From assembly GCA_040902505.1 (NCBI GenBank), contig JBBDXE010000032.1:494378-558377 (forward strand): a stretch of DNA of 64,000 nucleotides, given 5' to 3'. This DNA comes from Dehalococcoidia bacterium (GTDB lineage: Bacteria; Chloroflexota; Dehalococcoidia; DSTF01; JACRBR01). Shown piece by piece: positions 51,901-62,035 of the stretch (within the stretch, counting starts at the first letter, position 1; each line of letters opens with the position of its first letter). The notes under the pieces are model-generated. The model was not told where the DNA came from. It saw only the letters and a program-made list of their open reading frames with translations, and ran no database searches. Both the position numbers and the translations under genes were made by a program.

Positions 51901-54900
51901 TCGCGAGGCCGCCGCCACGCGCGCCGGCGCGGTTCCCGCTCACCGTACTGTCGGTCATCGTCAGGACTCCACGGTTGTAGATGCCGCCACCGTCGGTACT
52001 GGTGCCGTTATCGGAGATCGTGCTCCGGACGATGAGCGCCATCTTGTTGGGGACGATGTTGATCCCGTTCGCGCCGTTTCCGGACACGACGCTGTCGTAC
52101 ATTTCGAGCCCTGGCATAACGGCGCCGGGAAGGCCGAAGAGGGACACACCGTTGCCACCGTTGTTTTCGATCCGGCTGTCCCGGACGATGAGCAGACCAC
52201 TGTTCAGGACTCCCGCGTTGCCCGCGAGGTCCGTAGGCACGGCTCCGTTGCCGGTGACGACCACGTCTTCGAGCGTGAGGGGAGACTGGGCGGCCACCCC
52301 CTGTGAACCGGCGTTTCGCAGGGTCATCCCGCGTACCAGGGCGCCGCTGAGGAAGCTGAGGATCCGCCGGAACCCGCCGCCATCGACGATCGTCTGGTCC
52401 GGGCCGTCTCCCACGATCGTCCAGGTCTTGTTGCCAGAGAAATCCAGGTCGCCCTGGGCCGGCAAGAACTCGTTATTGAACGGGTCATCCGGCCCGAGCG
52501 TCAGGACGTAGGCGTTGGCGTTGGCGGGGACTACGATCGTCACCGCCGTGCCCGCCGGCTTTTGATTGGCCTCCATGACGGCGGCGCGCAGCGTGCATTC
52601 GCCCAGGCTGTCGGCGCACACTCCGTTCCCCGGAGTCGCATCGACGCGGTCGGCGGTGCTGTTCACCACGAAAGTATTTCCGCTCGGTGTCGGCGTTGGC
52701 GTCGGCGTGTTGGTGATGGTCGGCGTGTTCGTCACCGTGGCGGTGTCAGCCAGCACCGTATCGGTCGGCGATGGTGTCGCGCTGGAGGTGGGCGTCGGAG
52801 TCGCGGCGCAGCCGGGGTCAGCGCCGTCCGTCAGGCCATCACCGTCGTTGTCGAGACCGTCGGAGCAGCTCCCGGCTACGGATGCGCCCTCGGGAGTGCT
52901 TTCGGCATCGAGCGGGTCGGAGCCCAGCGCGTCCTCTGCGTCATCGTCGAATCCGTCGCCGTCGGCGTCAGGGCAGACGTCGACGATGACGGAGGTGGCG
53001 CGCTCGAAGTGCTCGGTGTTGCTCGACCCGATGGCGGTGAACGACACGATCCATGGCCCGCAGTCCAGGAAGGTCATCTGCGCGGCGAAGACGCCGTCGG
53101 CGGCGCTCTCGTCGGGACTGGCGCCGTCGTCGAGCAGGTCGACGGCCATCGGGGCGGCTCCGGATGTGACGGCGCCAACGGAGACGGTTGCGTCGAGCCC
53201 GGGCACAACGCTGAGGTCGGCGGTGAGCTGGACAGTCTGGCCGGCGTCGACGGTGTTGGGCGAGGCGTCGGCGCTGAGTACGATGGCGCTCTCCATCGCA
53301 GTGAGCAGCATGAACTCCCCGGGTTCGGGGAGGGGCGAGACGGGCGTCACCTCGAGCGTCCAGTAGCCAGCCGCGGGCGCCTGGATGGCCCAGACGTCCG
53401 CTAGTTGACCTTCCATGTACGGTGATGCAGCGTCGTGCGAGACACCGGCGTCGGCGTCGAGGACCAGACTGTTGTCAGGCCGGCGGACGCTGATCTGGAA
53501 GTCGGGCGCGAGGTCGCCGTCTTCCCAGATCAGCGATAAGACGACGGAGGTCGCGGACGCTTCGACGTACACCTGATGTACGTCGGTGGTGGACTGTGTC
53601 GCGTTGACGTACAGGTCGGCAACCCCGGACTCGTCGCCCACGGCGGCGATGGACACCGCGTCGTTCACGGCGTCGCCGGTCGCACCCTGGGCGGACAGCG
53701 AGCCGATCGACCCTGCGGAGACCCCGGCCTCGACGGGGATCTCCAGGAACTGGTTGATCTGGCAGAAGGTATGGACGAAGTCCGCCTGGCAGTTCGTGAG
53801 GGGCGGGTCGTCGGCGACACCGGGGACGGCGAAGCACTTGGCCTTGTGTGAGACTTCCTGATACACGAGCGTCGTGGCGGGCGGGAAGGGCCCCGCGGCG
53901 CTGGCGCTGGACACGAGGCAGTCATCGGGACCGGGGATGATGAGCGTCATGCCGCTCCCCGGAAGGCTGGCGCCCAGAGAGACCTCGCCGGCGAGCACGT
54001 GATACTCCGTGTCCGATGCGGTCCAACCCGGGTTGATCTGAGGGTAGATGGGCGACACTAGGCTCATGTCGCGCGCGCCGAGGTCGTCCTGCCAGTCGCC
54101 GTCGAGGAGGTCCACGAGGCACGCCACGGACAGCAGGGGGATGGGCCCGCCGAACGCGCAGGCGCCGAGATCGCCGATCATGGCGAAGTCGGACGCGATC
54201 GTCCCCAGGTTCGGCGTGCCGAGCATGATCAGTTGATCGACGTACTGGCTGCCGCCGCGCTTCTCAATGTAGTAGCGCGAGTTCACGCCGCCGTAGCTGT
54301 GCGCGATGATGTCGATCTTGTCGTCGGGGACCGGGCTCACGCGCTCCAGGAACCCGCCAGTGGCCTCGACGTACGCTTCCATCTGTGCACTGATGGCGAG
54401 CGTGCCCAGCTTCCAGTCGTAGCCGCGGTCGTTGGCGCCGGGTGAGGGGTTGCCTCCCGGGGGATCGAAGCATTCGACGCGCTCAGCCACCTCGGCCTCC
54501 GCGCCGGGGAAGACCGCGAAGTCGACGAGGTGCTGCTCGAGCCAGGGCTCGACGGCGTACATCCCCTGCTGGCAGCTGCTCCCGTAGCCGTGTACCAGGA
54601 GGACGGCGGGGACGCGCTGGATGGTAAAGGGGAGAGTGACGCTTCGCCCGCTCAACTCCTGGACCTCGACCTGCCACTCCCCGGCGAAGGCGGCGCCGAG
54701 CGACGGGACGGGATCGACGTCGTCCGACGTCCAGTTCGTGCCGTCGATGGGAAGTGAGACGAGACCGTCGAACACGCAGGGACAGCCGCCAGGAAAGGTG
54801 TCGATCTCCTCGAACTCCTCCGGGTTGCCGGCATAGTCACAGTTGCGCAGCGCGGTCGGCACGTCGTTCTCGAGCAGCACGGCGATGGTGCATGCTGGCA

Positions 54901-56566
54901 GCTCGACCGTGTTGCCGTCGTCGGGATAGTTGGGGCGGGTAAATGTGATCCTGAACACATCGTTCAACTCGGCCTGAAACGACATCACGACGATGGCGGC
55001 GTCGTCGGTAGAGATGAACTGGCCGGTAGGAGCCGCGATTGGGCATGGTGCGGAGCCGATCTCCGGGCAGCGGCTGAAGCGGACTTCGAGGAGGCCGACG
55101 TCCGGCGTGACGACGTCTACCGGCGCGTTGACGCCAACGAACTCCGGCGTGGTCAGACCGTTCCCGAGCTGCCCGAAGTGGTTGTAGCCCCAGCACTTGG
55201 CGGACCCGTTGAGCAAGATGGCGCAGTTGTGCGTGCCGCCGCCGGCGATGCTCTCGACGCCTGACCCCAATCCGACGACCGGTTGGGGTGTGGTCTCGCG
55301 CGCTCCGATCTCGCCGTTCCCCACAGCGCCCAGGTTGTTGAGCCCCCAGCACCAAACGCCATCCAGTCCGTCCAGAGCGCAAGAGCTGTCGGACGTCGTG
55401 ATCTGCCGAATCGTCTCGTCGAGGAACTCATCGACGAACTCCGGCGAAGGCACGGCGTACGGGTCCGACGGCTGGTGAGGATCGCCGGGATCGGCGGGCC
55501 AGCATTGCGGGTCGACGAGTTCACTCCCGTTGCAGCCAACCTGGCCGTGTGCGTTGTAGCCCCAGCAGTAGGCGTCGTTGATGAGGTCGACGACGCAGGT
55601 TTCCGCGCCGCCGACGGCGAGCTCCAGCGCCGGGAAGGGAAGAATCACGTTGACAGGCAGCGCACGACAGCCGATCGACGTTCCGCTCGTGCACTCGGCG
55701 GTTGTCGGTACCTCGTCGGGGCTGTCGCCGATCCCGAGCTGGCCGTTGTAGTTCATGCCCCAGCACTTCACCGCGCCGTCGAACATGAGCGCGCAGGTAT
55801 GCAGCCCGCCCGCCTCGACTTCCAGGACGCCGGACAGGCGCTGGCCGCCGGTACAGTCGAAGCCTGTGCCCGTCTCACACACCGGAGTAGGTCCGAGCCA
55901 GGCGTTGCCGCTCGTATTGTTGCCCACCTGTCCGTAGTTGTTCAGGCCCCAGCACCAGACTTCGCTCTCCGTGGTGACAGCGCAGGTGTGGTCGTGGCCG
56001 GCGGATACCTGCGCGACGAATAGCGTGTCACTGACGAGAAGCGGGAGCGGGTTGGCCGCGGCCGGCCCGAACTCTCCGTTCCCCAGCTGTCCCCACAGGT
56101 TGTCGCCCCAGCAGCGGACGCGGCTCGCCGCGACGGCGCAGGTGTGCGCCCCGCCCGCCGACACCTGCTGCGTGCCCCCCAACCCGAGCGCCACCACGTT
56201 CTGCGGCAAGGCGCTGTTCAGAAAATCGCCTGTACCAAGCTGCCCGGAGCTGTTCAGCCCCCAGCACCTCAGTCCATCCGCGGTGGTGATGCCGCAGGTG
56301 TGGTTCACGCCGACATCGATCTCCGCCCACCCGGGCGGCTCGTCCGCGCGCGTCGGCCCTGCGTCGACGAGCAACCCGGCGCCTACGAGCACGGCGATCA
56401 AGCCAATCAGCGCCAGAAGGAGTGCCTGTCGGAAACCGGGCACACCTCGCCTCGGGATGGCAGCGCTCAGAAGCGGCCGGCTGCGCGCAGAAGCTTCGCG
56501 GCTTATGACTCGCGCGAGCATACCCGGGAGGGTAGATGCGGCAGAGTGTGCGCGTGCCGACGGCAT
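48968..56566 (-). CDS. Giant secreted mosaic protein: RCC1 repeats, alpha/beta hydrolase, two CSLREA/beta-helix modules, Pro/Thr linker, dockerin-like end
   Basis: HTC..CWG.N..GQLG repeats; VHGY/AHSYGG/GTPNLG; CTLRAAV.E; [30 protein letters not shown]; DVTGDG/DVDRNG; start codon uncertain. Confidence 0.85.
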   Translation of the reverse strand: MPSARAHSAASTLPGMLARVISREASARSRPLLSAAIPRRGVPGFRQALLLALIGLIAVLVGAGLLVDAGPTRADEPPGWAEIDVGVNHTCGITTADGLRCWGLNSSGQLGTGDFLNSALPQNVVALGLGGTQQVSAGGAHTCAVAASRVRCWGDNLWGQLGNGEFGPAAANPLPLLVSDTLFVAQVSAGHDHTCAVTTESEVWCWGLNNYGQVGNNTSGNAWLGPTPVCETGTGFDCTGGQRLSGVLEVEAGGLHTCALMFDGAVKCWGMNYNGQLGIGDSPDEVPTTAECTSGTSIGCRALPVNVILPFPALELAVGGAETCVVDLINDAYCWGYNAHGQVGCNGSELVDPQCWPADPGDPHQPSDPYAVPSPEFVDEFLDETIRQITTSDSSCALDGLDGVWCWGLNNLGAVGNGEIGARETTPQPVVGLGSGVESIAGGGTHNCAILLNGSAKCWGYNHFGQLGNGLTTPEFVGVNAPVDVVTPDVGLLEVRFSRCPEIGSAPCPIAAPTGQFISTDDAAIVVMSFQAELNDVFRITFTRPNYPDDGNTVELPACTIAVLLENDVPTALRNCDYAGNPEEFEEIDTFPGGCPCVFDGLVSLPIDGTNWTSDDVDPVPSLGAAFAGEWQVEVQELSGRSVTLPFTIQRVPAVLLVHGYGSSCQQGMYAVEPWLEQHLVDFAVFPGAEAEVAERVECFDPPGGNPSPGANDRGYDWKLGTLAISAQMEAYVEATGGFLERVSPVPDDKIDIIAHSYGGVNSRYYIEKRGGSQYVDQLIMLGTPNLGTIASDFAMIGDLGACAFGGPIPLLSVACLVDLLDGDWQDDLGARDMSLVSPIYPQINPGWTASDTEYHVLAGEVSLGASLPGSGMTLIIPGPDDCLVSSASAAGPFPPATTLVYQEVSHKAKCFAVPGVADDPPLTNCQADFVHTFCQINQFLEIPVEAGVSAGSIGSLSAQGATGDAVNDAVSIAAVGDESGVADLYVNATQSTTDVHQVYVEASATSVVLSLIWEDGDLAPDFQISVRRPDNSLVLDADAGVSHDAASPYMEGQLADVWAIQAPAAGYWTLEVTPVSPLPEPGEFMLLTAMESAIVLSADASPNTVDAGQTVQLTADLSVVPGLDATVSVGAVTSGAAPMAVDLLDDGASPDESAADGVFAAQMTFLDCGPWIVSFTAIGSSNTEHFERATSVIVDVCPDADGDGFDDDAEDALGSDPLDAESTPEGASVAGSCSDGLDNDGDGLTDGADPGCAATPTPTSSATPSPTDTVLADTATVTNTPTITNTPTPTPTPSGNTFVVNSTADRVDATPGNGVCADSLGECTLRAAVMEANQKPAGTAVTIVVPANANAYVLTLGPDDPFNNEFLPAQGDLDFSGNKTWTIVGDGPDQTIVDGGGFRRILSFLSGALVRGMTLRNAGSQGVAAQSPLTLEDVVVTGNGAVPTDLAGNAGVLNSGLLIVRDSRIENNGGNGVSLFGLPGAVMPGLEMYDSVVSGNGANGINIVPNKMALIVRSTISDNGTSTDGGGIYNRGVLTMTDSTVSGNRAGARGGGLANYRDATITNSTFSGNRAGMDGGGIFNDYTGLAALTITDSTFAANLADADGNGTGDGGGVANGPGGVGQSSIARTLIDENADAGGEAPDCAGAFSGAMNLIGNAGGCGLLPGNLTGVNSGLFALADNGGPTQTHGLPPGSPAIDAAGNGCLAADQRGVTRPQGPACDVGAFEHDVPPADAGPPVPPAPGVPVTFVVNDTTDLPDAALNGVCAGATGTCTLRAAVMESNSVAGPNVILLGEGTYAITRPTTEGFFNFNVDESVGDFDIMGPTLIRGLGRELSIIDGGGLSHVFGVEAPPPRMRAPFELSGLTVRNGARPPGSPSTTPPNGGIQVQVTGATLSLDNVLVTANSGPGVAASTLIVRDSEISFNTEHGVQSAIFLGETVSIIDSLLSNNMQSGLSLSGFEVGAAVVRSTVQGNANTGVVGPAIGRLDIQDSTIAGNQAPAIAGSGGGVFSNGTTRITGSTIIGNSSPGQGGGVANGGPMTIVDTTISGNTATTDGGGIHASSTLEIINSTVSGNDAGRHGGGIHGAAFPQARLINVTVADNSADSDANGTGDGGGIFQFSNLTQLKNSIVAGNTDTGGEAPDCAVQFGSLSSEGYNLVGDMTGCEMDGETSLDVTGQPPMLGPLADNGGDTFTHALLAGSPAIDAATNGGCPPADQRGVTRPQGAACDIGAFELEGVAPPATPTPSPTGTATASPTATETPVATATDTPAATVTSTSVPTGTPTPTPTNTAEPTATNTAGPTSTGTPPPTATNTAQATDTPESTSTHTPVPTATDTPQPTATHTPESTATPTSMASATSTPVPTATDTPEPTATTPPPATSTASPSPTATSTAVATGTSTPSSTRTPAVIHTASPGATAHVTRTVSPTRTVVATRTVMTTRTVGATRTVVTTRTAAPSRTATASPTHGKRPKPCADVTGDGRVTLGDVVRIAKAIASQSRNGTYDVDRNGKVGYGDLVLAMRQLGRRCHAHR

Positions 56567-56839
56567 TGCGTAGCCCAGCTTCTGCGGCGGGATGAGAGTC
56601 CTTCGACGGTCAATTGCGACGGGGGCAGCGTCAGAATAGACTCTTGACCGGTATCTGCCAAGGCAGCGAAACCCGGCCTCCCTGCTTGACACGCGGGCCG
56701 AAGACGAAGACCGTCATCATCCGTGCTGGGTGACTACGGCGATACGTGGGAGCGGTGGCAGGAGCGGAGAGCCGCGCGGGCCATGCGCATAGCGCCCTCT
56801 CCGGAAACAGCGCGACCGCCACTGATGCAGGGTGTCAAG

Positions 56840-56887
56840 ACAGTGGCGCGGGTGGAGGACTCGAACCCCCGACCGGCGGTTTTGGAG
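56840..56887 (-). repeat. Displaced 3' half of tRNA-Trp (att site), slightly decayed
   Basis: Matches 58091-58139 with one substitution and one deletion; identity stops at anticodon loop CTCCAAA. Confidence 0.9.
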
Positions 56888-58139
56888 GACGATTGGGTTG
56901 GTCCCACTGAACCCTTTCAAGATCCATAGCGTCCCGTTTCGTATCTGGGTGTTTGGGCTATACCATAGTGGCACGATCATTGGGGCAGCAAAATGGCAGT
57001 AACATCGGCGGTCTATTTCCGCCCGCAGCGGTCCTTCTAACCGCAGGTCGCAGACGACCGAGACGATTGGGACTGTAAGAGTAGCTCGGCGGCACGCCGG
57101 GCGGTCAGATTAGTGCTGCGAGCACATCCGGAGTTGTTCGTGAACGCGGAGCTGCTGCGCGACCTCGGCTTCCAGCTGGAGGGCCGTGCACCCGGGGGCG
57201 AGTCCGGCGGCGCGTGGTTCGCCATCTCTGCCGATGGTGAGCGCGTCGTGCTGAAGTGGTTCGCCGGCGAGGGCGTGGCCGACCGCTATGCGGCGCTCCT
57301 GCCCGCGCTCGACGTGTTGCGTTCGCGTGGCGTGCCCGTGCCCGAGTACCCGTTCGTGCGCGCCGTCGACGGGTGGACGCTCTCCGCACAGCAGGTGCTG
57401 CCGGGACGATCGTTCCCGATCTGGCCGCCGCAGCTGGTCGACCGGATGATCGAGTGCGTCAGCGCTGCAGCCGGCATCGTCGGCCCACCGCCGGCACCAG
57501 CGCTGCAGGGGTGGGGTGAGTTCGTGATTCACACCCTCACGGTCGGCGAGGACGGCTGCGCGCAGCACGACTCGCTCCGGGCGCACTCCGATCGCGCCCG
57601 GCGCATCATCGACTTCGTCGAGTCGGTCGGCGCCGACGCCGAGCCGTCATGGTTCCCGACGAGCGGGCTCGTCCACCTCGACCTGCACACCGACAACGTG
57701 CTCGCCCTCGATGACGGCACGCTCACCGGGATCATCGACTGGGAGGGTGCGTGCGCGGGCGATCACCGCTACGACCTGGTGGCGTTCGCGTTCGACCTCG
57801 ACGGTCACGGCCAGCAGATCTGGGACCGGGTCGAGACGCTCGTCGAGCCGCACGTGCTGCGGGCGTACGTCGCGCACATGGCGCTCCGTCGCACGGACTG
57901 GGCGATCCGCCACCGCCCCGAGGATGTCCCCCGGCAGCTGGACCGCGCCGAGCGCATGCTCGACCGGTAAATCCGCAGCACACCTTCGCTCGCTAGTTGA
58001 GCCAGCAAGGCGTGCTGCGCGGTCGACGGACGGCCCGGACGCACCAACACACGGCGGCAACCGATGGCACGCGAGCGTACGAAAAGCCAAACAGTGGCAC
58101 GGGTGGAGGGACTCGAACCCCCGACCGGCGGTTTTGGAG
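56881..58139. mobile_element. ~1.25-kb integrase-less islet/remnant at tRNA-Trp
   Basis: Bounded by the tRNA 3'-half duplication; carries one phosphotransferase gene. Confidence 0.65.
57113..57970 (+). CDS. Aminoglycoside phosphotransferase (APH)/choline kinase family protein
   Basis: VVLKW, LVHLDLHTDN, IIDWE, YDL; start uncertain. Confidence 0.85.
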   Translation: MLRAHPELFVNAELLRDLGFQLEGRAPGGESGGAWFAISADGERVVLKWFAGEGVADRYAALLPALDVLRSRGVPVPEYPFVRAVDGWTLSAQQVLPGRSFPIWPPQLVDRMIECVSAAAGIVGPPPAPALQGWGEFVIHTLTVGEDGCAQHDSLRAHSDRARRIIDFVESVGADAEPSWFPTSGLVHLDLHTDNVLALDDGTLTGIIDWEGACAGDHRYDLVAFAFDLDGHGQQIWDRVETLVEPHVLRAYVAHMALRRTDWAIRHRPEDVPRQLDRAERMLDR

Positions 58140-58170
58140 ACCGCTGCTCTTCCAACTGAGCTACACCCGT
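58095..58170 (-). tRNA. trnW: tRNA-Trp (CCA)
   Basis: 76 nt; acceptor stem ACGGGTG/CACCCGT, anticodon arm GCGGT-CTCCAAA-ACCGC, GTTCGAGTC T-loop, encoded CCA end. Confidence 0.97.
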
Positions 58171-58318
58171 GCGCGAAGCTACCGTGAATCTAGCGAAACC
58201 TTGAGATCTGGCGCCCGATCTGCCATACTTCTACCACATTTCTACCACGGACGGATTCCGCCTGACTCACGCGGTTAGGATAGCAGAGACGGGAAGTCTC
58301 CTACGAACAGGAGACGAC

Positions 58319-59512
58319 ATGGCGACGGCTTGGGAGACGGTCGAAGCTCACATCTACCGCAAGCCCGGCAACACGAACAGCCTTCAAGTGACCGCCGGTA
58401 GACCGCGCAAGTGGCGCGCCGTGCGACGTAGCGTCACGGTCGAACGATCCCCGCACGAAGCACCGCACAACGAGACCGCGAAACAGCACCTAACACGCGC
58501 CCGCCTGGAACGCGCACGCCTTGAGACGGAGATCGCAGAGGGACGCGGCGCGACGAAGGGCAAGATCACAGTTCGGACGCTTGTAGCACGCTACTTCGCC
58601 GAGTATATCGCCGAGGACTCAGACGAGCCGCGATTAGGCGCGCGTACGATCACGTCCTACAGGCAGCTACTTGATAACCACGTACTGCCGGAGATCGGCA
58701 CGAAGCGACTTCGCGATCTGGAACCGCTCGACGTTGACGGCGTGTATAGCAAGATGGAAGCGAAGGGACTTTCGGGTACGACGCGGCTACACGCGCACGT
58801 CTCGCTATCGGGCGTGTTGAAGTGGGGCGTACGGAAGGGACTTGTTGATCGCAACGTCGCGGCGTTCGCGGATATCCCGAAGAGTTCAACGAAGCGGCAA
58901 CGCACGTCTACGGCGGACGAGGTAGCAAGGATCCTCGCAGCGACGAAGGCAGAGATTGATCCCGCCGTGGCACCGATGATCGCGTTGACGGCGCATACGG
59001 GGATGAGACTCGGCGAAGTCCTGGGGCTTAGATGGCAGGATGTTGACTTCGAGCAACACCGCCTACACGTCATACAGACGTACGGCAGCGATCGGAAGTT
59101 CCGCAAGCCCAAGAACGAAAGCTCGGCTCGGACAGTCGATCTTGCGCCCGATATTATCGCCATGCTGCGCGAACACAAGCGCGAACAACAAGCGCACTAC
59201 ATTGAGCATGGACTACGCCCCGATCTCGATATCGTGTTCGCACTCGCTGACGGTTCCGCGCGTGATCAGGACAGAGTAGCGAAGGTGTGGAAGCGCATCC
59301 GTACTCGCGCCGGGGTTCCCGGCTTTCGCTTCCACGACTTGCGCCATGCTACCGCCTCTCTACTGCGGTCGAAGGGCGTAGACTTCGGCGTAATCGCTCA
59401 CCGCTTGGGCCACGCATCCGAGAACACGACGCGGGAGATTTACCGGCACGTTCTCCCCGAGGAAGCGTCAGAAGCGGCGGCGATAATGTCACGCGCGCTC
59501 GGCGCGCAATGA
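58319..59512 (+). CDS. int: Tyrosine recombinase/integrase
   Basis: TGMRLGE (R), PKN (K), FHDLRH (HxxR), LGH, IYRH (Y); N-terminal SAM-like domain. Confidence 0.95.
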   Translation: MATAWETVEAHIYRKPGNTNSLQVTAGRPRKWRAVRRSVTVERSPHEAPHNETAKQHLTRARLERARLETEIAEGRGATKGKITVRTLVARYFAEYIAEDSDEPRLGARTITSYRQLLDNHVLPEIGTKRLRDLEPLDVDGVYSKMEAKGLSGTTRLHAHVSLSGVLKWGVRKGLVDRNVAAFADIPKSSTKRQRTSTADEVARILAATKAEIDPAVAPMIALTAHTGMRLGEVLGLRWQDVDFEQHRLHVIQTYGSDRKFRKPKNESSARTVDLAPDIIAMLREHKREQQAHYIEHGLRPDLDIVFALADGSARDQDRVAKVWKRIRTRAGVPGFRFHDLRHATASLLRSKGVDFGVIAHRLGHASENTTREIYRHVLPEEASEAAAIMSRALGAQ

Positions 59513-59733
59513 GCGAGCCCGAAGAGCGTCCGGTACTCACCGTGCAAGAGACGGCGGAGCTTCTAGGGATTGAGCGCCACTTCGTATATAGGCTGATCGC
59601 GTCTGGCGTCATACCGTGTGTGAAGCTCAGCCCGAGCGTATGGCGCGTCCCGCGCGCGATGCTGCTACAGAGGCTTGAAGAGATCGCCTCGAACGCGCCC
59701 GAGACGGACACAGAAAGCCCCTCGCTGCGATAG
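59509..59733 (+). CDS. xis: Excisionase-like HTH_17 protein
   Basis: LTVQETAELLGI....VYRLIASG.IP.VKL....RVPR; ATGA overlap with int. Confidence 0.85.
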   Translation: MSEPEERPVLTVQETAELLGIERHFVYRLIASGVIPCVKLSPSVWRVPRAMLLQRLEEIASNAPETDTESPSLR

Positions 59734-59775
59734 CGAAGGGCGTTCCTGTTCAGCCGTGGGAAGTGTACCGGCGGA

Positions 59776-60063
59776 CTATATGCGGCGCGGCTTGCCGCGC
59801 TCTGCCGACGGATCCGCCGTCGCGTGTTCGCTCTCGAAGATGAGCCAGGCGCCGCGCGTGTAACCCTCTATCGTTCGCGTATCGGGCGGCGGCGGGCCGC
59901 TCGCCTCACTCCAACCCTCGGCGCCTTTCGTGTTGATCATGTGATCGGCGATCACGGTCTTTAGGGTGAACCCATCATCGGCGATCTTGTTGAGTTCCGC
60001 CGTGATCTTCTCGCAGCCGTTGTCGTTGCGCGGCAGTTCGACAAAGCGCATTAGGTATTGCAT
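59776..60063 (-). CDS. Small hypothetical protein (DUF4177-like)
   Basis: MQY...ELNKIADDGFTLKTV...LIFE pattern. Confidence 0.5.
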   Translation of the reverse strand: MQYLMRFVELPRNDNGCEKITAELNKIADDGFTLKTVIADHMINTKGAEGWSEASGPPPPDTRTIEGYTRGAWLIFESEHATADPSAERGKPRRI

Positions 60064-60079
60064 TGGATCAGTCTCCCAT

Positions 60080-60295
60080 CTACGGCTTGCCGCGTACCGG
60101 CGACTCACGCATGAACTCGATCAGCTCCGCCCATGTGCGCTGTCCGCCGTCACGCTTCTTAGGAGACCGCCATACGAGGGTGCCCTTGCTAACGTGTAGC
60201 GTCCCTTTGAGCTTGTCGCCGATCCAGACCTTAAACTCTACGTCGGCCCGCTCTAGCTCTCGCTCCGGAGGCTTAAACAAAATCCGATTCGCCAT
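60080..60295 (-). CDS. Small hypothetical protein
   Basis: 71 aa, globular composition, AGGA before ATG, co-directional with the downstream ORF. Confidence 0.6.
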   Translation of the reverse strand: MANRILFKPPERELERADVEFKVWIGDKLKGTLHVSKGTLVWRSPKKRDGGQRTWAELIEFMRESPVRGKP

Positions 60296-60433
60296 GTCCT
60301 GATCCTTCCGGTACGGGCTTAGACGCTGGCCTTGAGAGAGGATCGCCCCCTACGGCCTCGAATCCATATCGGGGAGACCCCTAAAGGGTAGTCACGTCCC
60401 GTGCCGACAATCTAGAGAGTAGGAGCGTGGCAC

Positions 60434-61168
60434 ATGGTTATCCCGATCCGAGCCGGGTGGCGCGATAAGGTCGAGGCGCAACCTGAATGGCGTGGCGCCT
60501 TAGAGTGCGAGTGGGATTGCAGTCAGGGCGGCAAGCTCGATGGCATGTGGACATATCACGTTGGGTATAAGGCCAAACGGCAGGTCACGCTCTACGGTCT
60601 ACCAGTCGCCCCGCTCGGGGATTCATCGGTGGGCTACATCGCCTGTGAACGATGTCGGCAAGGCCGCTGGTACAAGCGCGATGCCTATCAACAGGCGAGC
60701 AGGGATGCGGCCACAAACCTCGCAATTCTCAATCAGGGCGACAACAAGCGCGGTGGTACTCCGTTCCGCCAACTGTTCGACAACAACGCGAACGAGCGGG
60801 CGGAATGGAAGGGCATCATGGAGTGTCCGAAGTGCGCCCCTCAACGTGACAAGCTGACGCTGTTCGTTGGGTTCCGAGTTCCCGTGACCATCAACGAACC
60901 GTCACGCCCCGAACCTCACCTTACCGGCTGCATCATGTGCTTGCGATGCGAGTTTGGCGCGTGGTTATCCGATGCTGAGTTCGCCGAGTGGGGCGGCATT
61001 GCGTCGAACAATCGCCGGAAGGTAGACCCCGACGGCTTGGCGAATGACAAAAGCTGTTGGCAGAAGAACGCAGCGGAGACAAAGCGTAGGTTGTGCCCTG
61101 AGTGTGGGCGGGACACGACGCAGTTTGACCACACGCCAGAGTGTGACTACGGCGTTCTGTTGGCCTAA
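60434..61168 (+). CDS. Hypothetical protein with tandem zinc-ribbon-like repeats
   Basis: AGGAG RBS; two W.G..EC..C...VG...VT...G.I.C.RC..G.W units plus C-terminal CPEC...H..EC. Confidence 0.7.
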   Translation: MVIPIRAGWRDKVEAQPEWRGALECEWDCSQGGKLDGMWTYHVGYKAKRQVTLYGLPVAPLGDSSVGYIACERCRQGRWYKRDAYQQASRDAATNLAILNQGDNKRGGTPFRQLFDNNANERAEWKGIMECPKCAPQRDKLTLFVGFRVPVTINEPSRPEPHLTGCIMCLRCEFGAWLSDAEFAEWGGIASNNRRKVDPDGLANDKSCWQKNAAETKRRLCPECGRDTTQFDHTPECDYGVLLA

Positions 61169-61264
61169 GCCCGGCGAATCGATTTCGCGATCCGCAACCG
61201 CGAAAATTGACAGTGGTTTTCGCTCACCTTTGACAGCATTGGTCGCGTACAGGTAGGTTGAACC

Positions 61265-61550
61265 ACAACCGAATAGCAAGTGCTTCTGACCCTCGCAAAG
61301 AGGGGCCTTCGCGCCGACGATGGCGGGCCATATAGATCATACGTGATCTGTTTGGTGCCGCCTTTTCGTTTGCCCGAAACGGAGCGCGGCGACTCGGTTG
61401 AGGGGACGTTGTGCGTTCGGCGTCTCCGTTCAACTTGCAGACGCGGCATACCGATGCCCGGCGCGATACCGCTCGAAAGAGCCGTCCCTCCGCCCGGCGT
61501 CGGAGTCGCGTCACGGTAAGAGGAAGCGCGCGACGTGAACGCCGTCGCTG
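61265..61550 (+). ncRNA. Candidate structured ncRNA or long structured 5' leader
   Basis: Follows TTGACA(61230)-N18-TAGGTT(61254); about 9 nested helices with UACG and GAAA tetraloops; folded by eye only. Confidence 0.55.
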
Positions 61551-61592
61551 CGATCGAGCGCGTGTAACGAACAGCGAATGAAAGGCGAACCG

Positions 61593-61760
61593 ATGATTAC
61601 GGCATCGGAAAGACTCACGCTCCTGGGGCGCGTGAGCGATCTCCGAGGGAACTACGAAACGCTCAACAAGGCCGGGCGCGCGAAGGAAGCGCAAGCGGTT
61701 ATGAAAGAGATCGAGTCCGTTCTGGACAAGCTCGAAATCGCACAGGGCGAGACCCGGTAA
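61593..61760 (+). CDS. Small helical hypothetical protein (55 aa)
   Basis: GAAAGG RBS before ATG 61593; amphipathic helices. Confidence 0.6.
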   Translation: MITASERLTLLGRVSDLRGNYETLNKAGRAKEAQAVMKEIESVLDKLEIAQGETR

Positions 61761-61987
61761 AATCTGCGGGAGACGCGAGGTATTTTCTCGTTGAGGTAGG
61801 CGCGTCTCGAAGGGCCGCTAGGCCCGCAGAGACGGTACGCACGATCCCTCCGCGCTCCCGCATATACCGGTTATCTACCAAACGGGACGATCCAGGCCGC
61901 AACACGAGCCCGCCATCTGTCCCGCCTCAGATACGAAACGAGCCCCAACGGGCTTGATTATGTCTGCCTGAGACCCTCGCGAGCGCA

Positions 61988-62029
61988 TTTGGAGACCGCT
62001 GCTCTTCCAACTGAGCTACACCCGTGCGC
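61988..62029 (-). repeat. Displaced 5' half of tRNA-Trp (att site)
   Basis: tRNA nt 1-38 plus 4 upstream nt, identical to 58133-58174. Confidence 0.93.
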
Positions 62030-62035
62030 TTGCCC

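Larger units (their letters stand above)
58133..62029. mobile_element. ~3.9-kb tyrosine-integrase element at tRNA-Trp with 5'-half duplication
   Basis: Perfect 42-bp direct repeat 58133-58174 = 61988-62029; int and xis genes; lower GC. Confidence 0.9.

Noticed and set aside
56685-56839. CTTGACAC...GTGTCAAG inverted pair as MITE ends
   Set aside because: Only 8 bp, no target duplication, and it equals a -35-like word that occurs elsewhere.
61988-62025. Second functional or trans-spliced tRNA-Trp made from the two halves
   Set aside because: The 3' half has a T-stem deletion and an acceptor-stem change, and no complementary leader/trailer was seen; att-site origin is simpler.
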